64,000 bases of DNA from the human T2T-CHM13v2.0 reference genome, Homo sapiens. Positions 35,421 to 56,107 of this stretch are shown here, piece by piece (the first letter of the stretch is position 1; the number at the start of each line of letters is the position of its first letter). The position numbers were made by a program, and so were the translations under genes. Under the pieces are notes generated by a model. That model made no database searches. It was given only the letters and a program-made list of their open reading frames with translations, and was not told where the DNA came from. The DNA lies in the NCBI RefSeq assembly GCF_009914755.1, contig NC_060929.1; one strand, 5' to 3'.

Positions 35421-35421
35421 G
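35283..35421. repeat. Three copies of TGGAATTAGATCCA(G) followed by (TA)n/(TG)n tract
   Basis: Directly visible. Confidence 0.9.
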
Positions 35422-35535
35422 CATGATTAAATCAAGCTTATTAAATAACCATCACCTTGCTTACCTATCATTTTTTAGGCATGACATTTGAAATTTGTTC
35501 TCTTACTTTGAAATATATAACACATTATTTATTTA
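35410..35535 (-). mobile_element. L1MA 3' end fragment
   Basis: tagtggcatgattaaatcaagc...catcacct...tttgaaatatataacacattat. Confidence 0.7.
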
Positions 35536-35539
35536 CATC

Positions 35540-36895
35540 ATCAACAGAATAAAACTTTTAAAACAATAGCATTTTAAATAGCATCAAAAACAAAGTGCTA
35601 AAGAAGAGATCTAACAAAGCTTTTGTACAAGGAATATATAAAACTTTACTAGAGAAATTAAAGAGTATTTTAATAAAGAAAGAGAAATGTCATGTCCATG
35701 GATAGAAAGACTTCTCAAATTGATATATAACTTCAATGTTATCCCAATAGAATTCTACAAATTATTTTCTTTTGGAAATTAACAAGCTGATTCTAAAATT
35801 AATAGATACATAAATGAGCTCAAAATAGCTAAGAGTAAGTTAGAAACATCTACCATACCAAGAATTTTTATAAAATTACAGCAATTAAGATGATGTGGTA
35901 TTTGTGCAAGAGATAAACAGGCCAATTGGACTGAATAGATAGTCCACAGCTAGAACCACTGAGAAATGGACACTTGATTTTGACAAAATTGGCACTATAG
36001 AGCAGTAGTGAAAAGAAATAATCAAGACCTTTTACTAGTTGAGAAGAAAAAGATGACAAAGCAATTTTTATATGGGCAATAAATTTGAATAGGCACTTCA
36101 CCAAACAGGAGAGAGCAAAATAATCAATAGCTTTTTTAAAGTTGCTCAACATTGTTATTGCTCAAGGAAACACAAATTAAAGCATCAATAGAATACCACT
36201 ATATAATCTACCAGCATGGTTGGAATAAAGACACAATCAGACACCCTGATAATGTCATATGATAGCATGGATGTTGAATAACTGGAACCTCATACACTAT
36301 TGATGAAAATAGAAATGTAAATTGGTACAATCACTTTTGAAAACTGTTTTACATGATGTATTAAATTTGAACATGATCCAACAATTTCACTCCTAGATTT
36401 GTAGCAAACAGAAATAGTTTTACATGACCCAGAAGATATGTACAATGTTTATAGCAGCATTATTCATAATAACTCCAGACAAAAAAATACTAATGTCTGC
36501 CAGCAGTTGAAAGGTTAAATAAATTGTAGTTTACTAAGAAATATCCATTATATGATATAATACTATACAGAAATAAACTTAATAAACATCAGATGCCACA
36601 ACCAAATTGATGAATTTCACAAGAAACATTTGAGAGAAAGAATTGCACACAAAGACGTATGCTGCATTATTTAATTTGTATGAAACTTTTGAAAACAGAC
36701 AATTCATAATGTTTGAAATCAAAGCAATGGTTACCTTTGGGGAGGAGAGCAAGGTTGTGAAGGAAAGGGCTTCTGTTGCGCAGGTAGTATCTTAATTTCT
36801 TGATCCATGTAGTGTTCACTTTGTGGTAATTTATTAGGTTGTAATCTTAAGATATGTGCCCTTCTCTGTATATGTGTTATATCTTAATAACAAAA
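35540..36895 (+). mobile_element. Old L1M (L1ME/MC) ORF2 3' part and 3' UTR
   Basis: catgtccatggatagaaagac, aacaagctgattctaaaatt, atgtaaattggtacaatcacttttgaaaac, atggttacctttgggga. Confidence 0.75.
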
Positions 36896-37544
36896 GTGTC
36901 TTATCTAGAAATCTCAATATTGTCATGTCTCTCCACAGCATGAAATCTTTCAACGGTTCCACAATGTCTTAAGGATAAAATATAGACTTCATGAAGCCTT
37001 TGAGTTGACTTCTTAACCTCATTTTCCACCCTTGTCATTGAGATATCCAGTTTTTTAAACACATAAAACTGTTTGCAGTTTCACAGATACTCTCTTTTGT
37101 GACTTTGCCCTTAGCATAAAGTTTGGAATTTATAAAATAGCCCTTCCTTGTCCACTTAGCTAATTCTACTCACCCATAGAGTGCCACCTTCTCCTGAAAG
37201 TGATGTAAAAAACACTAGCCTAGGTTAATTTCTCTCATTTGTGTCCTACAGGACCCTGTCATGCCTCAGTAATAGCTCTTAGAACTATTTTAAATATCAG
37301 TTCTACAGGTCTATCTTTCCCTACAAATTAGTAATGCATAATTCCCTAAGCCTTATAAAAACACAATTCTTGCCACACAGGGAACACTTTATAAGTATTA
37401 CCAGATTAAATTGTCTGCCTGGCAATTGGATGGAAAACAGCTTCAGTTATAAACAATTAGCTTGTTTATGCATATTCACCAGTTGTGTTGTACTTGGAAA
37501 GAGTTGGATAGAGGAAGCTTAACTAAAAATTTTAAACAAATATT

Positions 37545-43700
<6,156 letters not shown>

Positions 43701-44084
43701 AATTTTAAACAAATATTAAATTCACACTGTGCAATAATTGAAAGTAAAGGCAACTTTTTCCAGTTCCCTCAATTTGATTCCTAGTCCTCCCTCCCTGGAT
43801 AGGTCTAAATGGGTTTTAACGAAATCAGCAATATTTTAAATTAGGCATTAGATGATATATATCTTACTAAACATTTTATCACAAATAAATGTCACTCAAA
43901 TCTATACTTTTTAAAATCAAGGTCTTAACTTCTTAATTTTGGTCAGGGTATATTTCACATGACTATATATTATAAACATTATTTAATACATTTAAAAGCT
44001 GTTAAATTTAATTACTGACACAGTAAGGTCTCCAAAATGCTATTTCAATATTTAAAGAACAGCAGATTAAGACAGACTAGCAGC

Positions 44085-44735
<651 letters not shown>

Positions 44736-45380
44736 CTATCCTCACCAAACCAATAGCAATGATACTGCCATGCATTTTACTGTGTCTATCAAAGACAAAG
44801 ATGTTCAACAGTATCTCTGTGGCCCACTATAAGCATAATTCACAAAACTGTATTTTAACAGAACTCAAATATCTTTAAATGTCATGCAAAGACAAACACA
44901 TAAAGCCTTTCTCTAGAGATCCAAAATGCATTTTTTTTTTTTTTTTTGCAGCAGTAGCAGCAGCACCATCAGCAGCAAACAGAAAAAGCATCTTAAAAAT
45001 AATTGGTTATTTGTCCTTCCAACAATGTTTTTTCTTCCCAAATGTGCAAGCTAGGACTGTTTGATTTTCTGTAAGGAAGTCTTATACAGAAAGATAAGTT
45101 TTATCTGAAGGCTATAGAGCTCTCTCAAAACCTAAAGAGTATCGGGTGTGGAAGGGGAAGTAGATAAGCCTCAGGATTACACACATGTGAATCTAAGTGA
45201 TACTGGAGGCACAGAAACAGACTCTTAACTCTGCTTTTTGCACATACGTTTTTACTCTTTCTACAGACGGGTTTCTTCTGCACACCATTGCATTTGGTAT
45301 ACAGTATCTGTTTGAAGCTCCTGAAATTACCAGTTATGGTTATACAAAATACTGACAATCTCTATCTCTCCTTCTCTCTG

Positions 45381-45418
<38 letters not shown>

Positions 45419-45663
45419 TGTAACATATATCGTAGACATTTACACACACCCACTATGGGAAAAAAAAAATCTAACTGGCTTACTTGGGTCAGGTGCACAA
45501 TTTTGGATGAAGTACCTATAATTAGATGACTAAGATGACTTAGTAAAAGCATAGCTTCTGTGGGTCTCCTCTAGCCCTGTGAGTCTACAGGGTGTAAGTT
45601 TATCTAAAAGACAAAATGGAAGATTGAAAGTCTAAACAAAATTGCTAGTAAATGTCTATTAAG

Positions 45664-46105
45664 TTAAGAAAATGTGGCACATATACACCATGGAATACTA
45701 TGCAGCCATAAAAAATGATGAGTTCATGTCCTTTGTAGGGACGTGGATGAAATTGGAAACCATCATTCTCAGTAAACTATCGCAAGAACAAAAAACCAAA
45801 CACCGCATATTCTCACTCATAGGTGGGAATTGAACAATGAGATCACAAGGACACAGGAAGGGGAATATCACACTCTGGGGATGGTGGTGGGGTCGGGGGA
45901 GGGGGGAGGGATAGCAGTGGGAGATATACCTGATAGATGACACGTTGGTGGGTGCAGCGCACCAGCATGGCACATGTATACATATGTAACTAACCTGCAC
46001 AATGTGCACATGTACCCTAAAACTTAAAGTATAATAAAAAAAAAATTAAAAAAAAATAAATAAAAAAAATAAAAAATAAAAAATAAAAAATTAAAAAAAA
46101 AAAAG
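45664..46105 (+). mobile_element. Young 5'-truncated L1 (L1HS preTa / L1Pt-like 3' end) with long A-tail
   Basis: aatgagatcaca, ggggaatatcacactc, ggggtcgggg, gatgacACGttggtgggtgcagcgcacc; ~70-nt A-rich tail. Confidence 0.93.
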
Positions 46106-46205
46106 AATAAAAGCTTTTCTAAGAAAATTCACATGCTTAGCAATATTAGTCTTGACATCCAACAAAGACTAATAAGTGAAAAGAATCATTAACTATTTTT
46201 AATAC

Positions 46206-46800
46206 TATTATACCACCAATACGTTTGTATTCCCGCTGTACAGTAACATATCAATACACTGAGATGGCATGGTTTGCAGCAGAGAGAGTTTAATGATTAC
46301 AGAATACTGAGATAGGAGATGCAAGGGGACCCTCAAATCCATCTCCCTCAGGAGTCCTGAAGTGGAGTTTTTAAGGGGATCGTGGAGGGCCAGGGGATGG
46401 AAAATTTGAGTCATCTATTGGTCAGGGCAAGGGGAATAAAATCATCAGGATGTGGAAACCACATTATTTGGTGAGTCAGCTCCTTGGGGGTCCTTCAGAT
46501 CACCTGGTGTTAGTGGGGTGTGTCAGACTAGCTGATGTCAGTATGCAGGAGCTGAAAGAATATCTCAAAGGGAAAACATTTCATAGTGTTCAAGTTTTTA
46601 TTAGAGAACAGTTAAGGGAACTGTAATCTAATGTCTATGTGATTCTAGGACAACAGGCAACAGACAGCTCTGACAAAGCAGACCAGAGAGCAAGTCGACC
46701 TTACGGTTAATGATGAATGTGCTGCAAGCTTGGTTTATTTTTGCTTCTCCCTTTCCGTTCTTCACTGATTAATTTTATAAAGTGTACAGGAACAGTTTCA
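46206..46800 (-). mobile_element. LTR8-like ERV1 solo LTR
   Basis: tttgcagcagagagagtttaatgat...gaccctcaaatccatctccc...tttttaaggggatcgtggaggg, ends gtttca; TSD ATAC at 46202-46205 and 46801-46804. Confidence 0.75.
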
Positions 46801-47179
46801 ATACTATATTTCTTTGGTCAAGAAACAGCATATTCTTTGCCTCCTGTCATCTTACAGATAATCTTTGGGCTGACACCAATTCAGAAAGATTCCCAATCTC
46901 AAATAATAAATTTTTCATGGTCCTAAAACAATTAAGTAGCAATTATAAATGTGAAGTATTATTTAAAATCTGTAAACTTTACTTCATTGATATCACATTC
47001 AATTTACTTTAAAGAAATTATAATTCTTTCATAGTCACAACTTAATTTTACAATATCTGGAAATTGCAAAGTTCAAAAGTCGGTACCACTTTTTTTTCTG
47101 AATATTCGTCTAAATTTAGACTGAACTAAGATGTCTGCATTCTTTCAAGGTCAGTGAAAAGACACTCAAAAAAGTACAA

Positions 47180-47410
47180 AACAGGGTGGCTATAGTCAAT
47201 AACAACTGTACATTTTCAAATAATTTAAAGAATATAATTGAATTGTTCGCAGCTCAACAAATAAATGCTTAAGGGGATGGATACCCCATTCTTCATGATG
47301 TTCTCATTTCACATTACACACTGTATCAAAACATTTCATGCACCCCATAAATATATATACCTACTATGTACCCCCCCAAATTATTTTAATTAAATAGGGA
47401 AAAAAATAAA
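47180..47410 (+). mobile_element. L1MA1-3-like 3' end
   Basis: acagggtggctatagtcaataac...taaatgcttaaggggatggataccccatt...taaatatatatacctactatgtaccc. Confidence 0.85.
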
Positions 47411-47843
47411 ATAGGAAGGAATCCAAACAAATGTACAATTGCTACAGAAATAATCATAATGAAGCATTGAAATATTATTGAAAGTAGATATTAATAACAA
47501 TTTGATCATTAATTGGCCAAAACTAATAGACAAATTGGTCTTATAATTTCAACCTACAGTTTAAAGAATCTATCATTCAAATACCTAACACATTTTATAT
47601 TATTTCTGTCAATAAAGTCAAATATTAATGTAAACATTCATTAGTCTCAGTGTGCGGTGAAGTAGATTGAATTTAGTAATAGTTTATTTTAAAAGATATG
47701 CAATACAATGAAAGAACTTGAAGGGATCTCAGGAAGGGTGGTATTTTACCATCTACTGATCACATTAATAGACACAGAGTGGCACAGAATCTAAGTGAGT
47801 AAAAAAACTAAGACAAATTATCACACTTTGGGAAATTTCAGGG

Positions 47844-49558
47844 TTTTTTTTCTTGTTTTTGTTTTCTACTTTAAAAATAGTTTTAATTTATATGCAAATA
47901 TTAAACAGTGTTCTACCCATAAATTCTATTTTCCAAAAACAGCTAGGAGCTTTTTTAGAGAAGAAAACCACACAATGAATTTTACTTTATTTTTTTTTAT
48001 TTTTTATTTTTTTTGAATTTTTTTTTTTATTATACTCTAAGTTTTAGGGTACATGTGCACATTGTGCAGGTTAGTTACATATGTATACATGTGCCATGCT
48101 GGTGCGCTGCACCCACTAACGTGTCATCTAGCATTAGGTATATCTCCCATTGCTATCCCTCCCCCCTCCCCCGACCCCACCACAGTCCCCAGAGTGTGAT
48201 ATTCCCCTTCCTGTGTCCATGTGATCTCATTGTTCAATTCCCACCTATGAGTGAGAACCCTACAAGCCAGAACAATGAATTTTAAAAAGCACTGGAATTC
48301 CTCTACTTCTAGATCATTGCTAAGCTAGAAAAACGAAGATTTTTCTACCAGGAATTGCAAGTCAGAACTGAGTATTCTTCAAAGCAGAGATTATAGAGTT
48401 TAGTGCCATTTGAGGCAAAGATTATTCATCTCTCATCTCCAACATCCGCAGTTACCTATCAGAAATATTAAACCAGGTCAAAATAGTCCAGCATAATTAG
48501 GCTTCATCAAACAAGGCTATTATTTTCTTCTAAGATGCTAATAAACTAAAACAGGAAACACTGAAATCAAAATAAAAGATATTATTTGAGGATACCTGTC
48601 TCACAAATACTTAGTTCCTTATTGTATTCCCCTTCTATAACACTAATAAAGGGAATATTTTACTGCAAAGGATATTTCATTTTATATATCACTAGTCATG
48701 AATTTTTTTCATTAGTTATTACATAAATGCCTCCTGGTGCCATTATCCAAATAGTGTGACCATTTTATGTCCACAATTCATTTCTGAATTTACAAACAGA
48801 ATTTTCATGATTTACACAAGTACATCTATCAGTGAAGTATCGCACTGAGAAGAAAGCTAACATTCATAATATCTGATGTTTTACAGACAGCAATGTAGGA
48901 GAAACGTTTTTAATCACCTTTTAAGTGACCCACTGTAAAAAAATAAGTGAATAATTTAGAAGTTCTAAGTCTCCAAAGGATATTTTCAAATGTACTTGTA
49001 GAAATGTGAGGTTTTTAAGAAACGTCTTCCATGTCCACATCCTGTTGTAATTGCTGTACCATTTTCTCTTACAGCTGCTTTCCTTTGCCTACAAGAGGGG
49101 CTCGGATAAGATGGATGTTTTGCTTGACTTTTTTTGATCTCCTGAACTTTCTGTAGCTCCTTATTTTTCTTCAATCTGTTCATTATAAATTTAGCTTGAC
49201 GTTTCTGTTTGATCTCTTCAACTCTCTTCATTGCATCAGTAGTTTTATTCCATAGCTCTTGCTGGTATTTCATAGGTTCGTGTCTACGTTTTTCAAAGAT
49301 CAAATGAATAATTCACTCTAAGCTCTTTACCAGCTGCTTTCTGGAATGCTTTGGTCCACCTGAAATTGCAAGGATGTATTTCTTTTTAAAGTTTTTATGG
49401 CATTTCTATTTACAAAATCTGAACACCTTGCAATCTTTGCAAACAAACATCATGCAGTGGCCAGGGTCCAGAGTACATGGGCCCTGAACAAAAATAACAA
49501 TTCCAAATAGGCATGTTGAAACTGTGTGGTTCCCACCAACCAAATACCAACTTTAAGT
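47844..49558 (-). pseudogene. RSL24D1: Processed pseudogene of RSL24D1 (ribosome biogenesis protein RLP24)
   Basis: Translation [52 protein letters not shown] matches RSL24D1; intronless; ATG at 49514-49512, ancestral stop ~49017-49015; frameshifts; probable ATTAAA at 47887-47882 and decayed tail 47844-47867 (3' boundary less sure). Confidence 0.92.
47985..48271 (-). mobile_element. Young L1 3' end (ACG type) with 17-nt inverted cap, inserted in pseudogene 3'UTR
   Basis: T-tail, 3'UTR to 48257, TSD acaatgaatttta at 47972-47984 and 48272-48284, canonical TTTT/AA site. Confidence 0.95.
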
Positions 49559-50104
49559 AGAAGTTGAAACTTAAGTTTTGAGTTTACATTACAACCAACA
49601 ATTCTTCATTCTTGGATCTATTGAAAGGATCTAGAATCTAGCTGTCTATTAATAATATCATTTTTAAAAAATCAAATAATTTTGCATTATTCACTTCTTT
49701 CATATGGGTGTATGTGTATATAACACTTAATAAATTTGTGTAATAAAGATCTTTTATTAAGAAATGTACAAATATGTTTATATATATTCATACTAAATAT
49801 ATTATTTATATATTTAACTTCATAGATCATTTGATAATGCTTACAGAGACACATATCCTATAAGAGGGTACTTATTTCAATCCAAAATATTTAGATAGTG
49901 AATAGAATATAGTTCATTACGATTATTTACTTTTTCACACATTTATGAAGCTAAAGAAATTTCTAGAAACATAGATGATAGCTGGGTAGATGGATGGACA
50001 GATGAATGAACAGATGTTCATAGTACTTGCACCATTCCAAAGTGTTTTGTCTTAGCTTAAAGGAAAAGAAAAAAATACAGATAGAGGCAGATTTTAATTT
50101 TTAA

Positions 50105-52987
<2,883 letters not shown>

Positions 52988-54094
52988 AAAGAAATAGTTG
53001 GAAATAAATGAATGTGAAGGAAGTTTACATCAAAGATATCTGACACAATCTAAATACAAAAGGCAGGGCTAATTAAGCAACATTCTTTGATATAGACTAC
53101 TCCCTCCTACTCATTACTGTTTTTTTAATCTGTTTTCTGGTTTCTGATTTCTAGCATGACTAAGGATTAAATTTCGAGCTGCTTTTAATTTTAATCCAAA
53201 CAGCCCCTTGTGGCTAAATAGTTACAGTATTGAATCATGTAAGACCAGGTAACCTATATTCTGCCCCAAAGCAAACTACCCAAAAAACATGGAATATTCT
53301 GTCTAGAAAGGGCCCACTCTATGTCTAGAAAGATGTCCAGGCCTGGTTTCTTGCTTCCTCTCCAGTATTAGATCACTTTTTTAACCCGTTTTCTTCTCTT
53401 GGCATTATTCCTTAATGAAAAACAGTGAATTATGTATATAAATTTATAACATCTTAAATGAAAGGAGAAGTTATTTAAAACATGTGACCATGCTTCCTGA
53501 AATGATTTCTAACCTTTACATTTGGAGAACAAGCTAAGAGATGGCATTTGCAAAGGTTTCCTAGGATGTTACTAACATTAACTATTTAAGATTTGCTCTG
53601 TGCCCTATTTAATAAAAAGTGACTTTTCTCTTATTTGCAGCAAGGAAAAATTGGTCTTACTTGCAATATAAATCAAAAAGCTGGTCTCAAGTCTGTGTCT
53701 TGTGATCTCACCTCTCAAAAATAAATAGTCCCTCACACTGAGTCTCTCTTGTGACACCGGGAGGTGGAACCAACCACACACGGCCTCCTGTTCTCATATG
53801 CTGCTGGGGCTAATACTAAGGTTCAGTAGTTGCTGCCACAGAGGCTAAAAAGGAGAAAGACATCACCATTTGGTTCTCTGCTCCTAAATCTGCTTTTCCA
53901 CCATGGCATCTTCTTTCTTCTCACCCTGCCCACTATTGCCCAGCCCACAGAGTCACCAGAAAACTTGTCTGGAATGTGACAGAACTGAAGAAACCAAATG
54001 GCAGCTGGGCAGGTTCAATCCTATAGAGAGTTGTGCATTCTTCATTCACCTGTTATTTGGTATTTGGGAGGCAATACACAACACAACTGTTCAT

Positions 54095-54320
54095 TGCACA
54101 GGCTATGGAGTCAGACAGAAGTGGCCTCAGATCTCTGCTTAAATAGATACTATGACCTTTGGCAAGCTCTTGAACTGAACGCTCATTGTGTCTATGTTTT
54201 CTCATCAGTAAAATGGAGATATTAAAAGCTGCTCCAGAGAATAATTATTAGGACAATTTAAATAATGCATATGAATTTGTTACCCTGTCTCTGGCATAGA
54301 GTCTCCAAATGACAGCTATA
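54095..54320 (+). mobile_element. MIR
   Basis: ggctatggagtcagacaga...tgacctttggcaag...gttttctcatcagtaaaatggagata core. Confidence 0.75.
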
Positions 54321-54647
54321 ATAATTTTTAAAAGGATAAAATAAGTGTAGGTATAACTTAATAACAATGATCTTAGGAAGTGTTTATTACCCAGCTGTAT
54401 ATCCCTGCTGAATTCCCTAAGTTGAATTCTGCTCTTTATTAAAATTGTAAGCCATTTATGGGGGCATTTAGTATGTCAGTTGTTTAATTTTGAAAAATGA
54501 ATATTACCTTTGTAAAATCATCTGGTCAAGAATTTACATTACATTACACTTAACACAGAGACTTCCATTGTACTTAGAATGTCTTCATCAAGTTTATTAA
54601 AAAGATGTAAGGCTTGGGGAAATTTACATCTGATGTTCAATTACCAG

Positions 54648-55238
54648 TTTTTTTTTTTACAAATACAAACTCTATATGTTTAAGGCATACAACTTGATGT
54701 TTTGATATATAATATATACATTGTGAAATGATCACCATAATCAAGCTGATTAACGTATCTCTCAACTCAGATACGATTTTCTTTTCTTCTCTCTTTTTCT
54801 ATGTGCTAACAACACTTAAGGTTTATCCTCTCAGAAAATTGTAAGTACACAACACAATATTGTTAACTATAGTCACCATCCTGCATATTAGAGCTACATA
54901 ACTCACTCATCTTATGTAACTGTAGAATCACTATTAGCAAAAAGACAAAGAGAAGTGCTGGTAATGATGTGGAGGAAAGAAAAATTTGTACACTGTTGAT
55001 GGAAATGTAAATTCGTATAGCCATTATGGAAAATAGCCTGAAGATTTCCTCAAATGTAAAAAATAGAAATAACATATGATCCAGCAATCCCTCCTCTGGG
55101 TATATATACAAAGGAAATAAAATCTTCATTTCAAAGAGATATCTCCACCCCCATGTTCATTGCAATATTATTCACAATAGCCAAGTTATGAAAACAACCT
55201 GAATGTTCATTGACAGATGAATGGATATAAACACACAT

Positions 55239-55279
<41 letters not shown>

Positions 55280-56072
55280 AAATATTATGAATGGTGATCA
55301 TTAAAAAGCCAGGAAACAGCAGGTGCTGGAGAGGATGTGGAGAAATAGAAAAACTTTTACACTGTCGGTGGGACTGTAAACTAGTTCAACCATTGTGGAT
55401 GACAGTGTGGCAATTCCTCAAGGATCTAGAATTAGAAATACCATTTGACCCAGCCATCCCATTACTGGGCATATACCCAAAGGATTATAAATCATGCTGC
55501 TATAAAGACACATGCACACGTATGTTTATTGCAGCACTATTCACAATAGCAAAGACTTGGAACCAACCCGAATGTCCATCAATGACAAACTGCATTAAGA
55601 AAATGTGGCACATATGCACCATGGAATACTATGCAGCCATAAAAAATGATGAGTTCATGTCCTTTATAGGGACATGGATGAAGCTAGAAACCATCATTCT
55701 GAGCAAACTATCGCAAGGACAGAAAACCAAACACCACATGTTCTCACTCATAGGTGGGAATTAAACAATAAGGACACTTGGACACAGGGTGGGGAACATC
55801 ACACACTCGGGCCTGTCATAGGGTGGAGGGAGGGGGGAGGGATAGCATTAGGTGATATACCTAATGTAAATGATGAGTTAACAGGTGCAGCACACCAACA
55901 TGGCACATGTATACATATTAACAAACCTGCACATTGTGCACATGTACCCTAGAACTTAAAGTATATAAAAAAAGAATGAAATTCTTCTATTTGTAACAAT
56001 ATGGATGTGTCTTGAGGACATAATACTAAGTAAAATAAGGCAAACACAGAAAAACAAATACTGTATGATCTC
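54648..56072 (-). mobile_element. Old L1MA with 5' inversion, interrupted by L1PA5
   Basis: Minus-strand tail and 3'UTR 54648-54921 joined to plus-strand ORF2-end sequence 54922-55288 and 55966-56072. Confidence 0.75.
55289..55966 (+). mobile_element. 5'-truncated L1PA4/5-like element (element F)
   Basis: ORF 55291-55764 is the ORF2 C-terminus; 3'UTR ending ccctagaacttaaagtat. Confidence 0.92.
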
Positions 56073-56107
56073 AGAAGTACATACGAAAGCAAAATCCCAC
56101 ACCAAAA

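Noticed and set aside
27524-37544. Inversion of the segment between inverted L1s A and B
   Set aside because: Both TSD pairs are intact and the host L1 continues colinearly after A
46202-46804. Identical ATAC TSD at two separate ERV1 LTRs (13.2 kb and 46.2 kb)
   Set aside because: 4-mer coincidence in AT-rich DNA; different families and orientations
53620-54142. Splice-acceptor-like ttctcttatttgcag and Kozak-like ccaccatgg ORF
   Set aside because: No supporting donor, homology or exon chain; expected by chance
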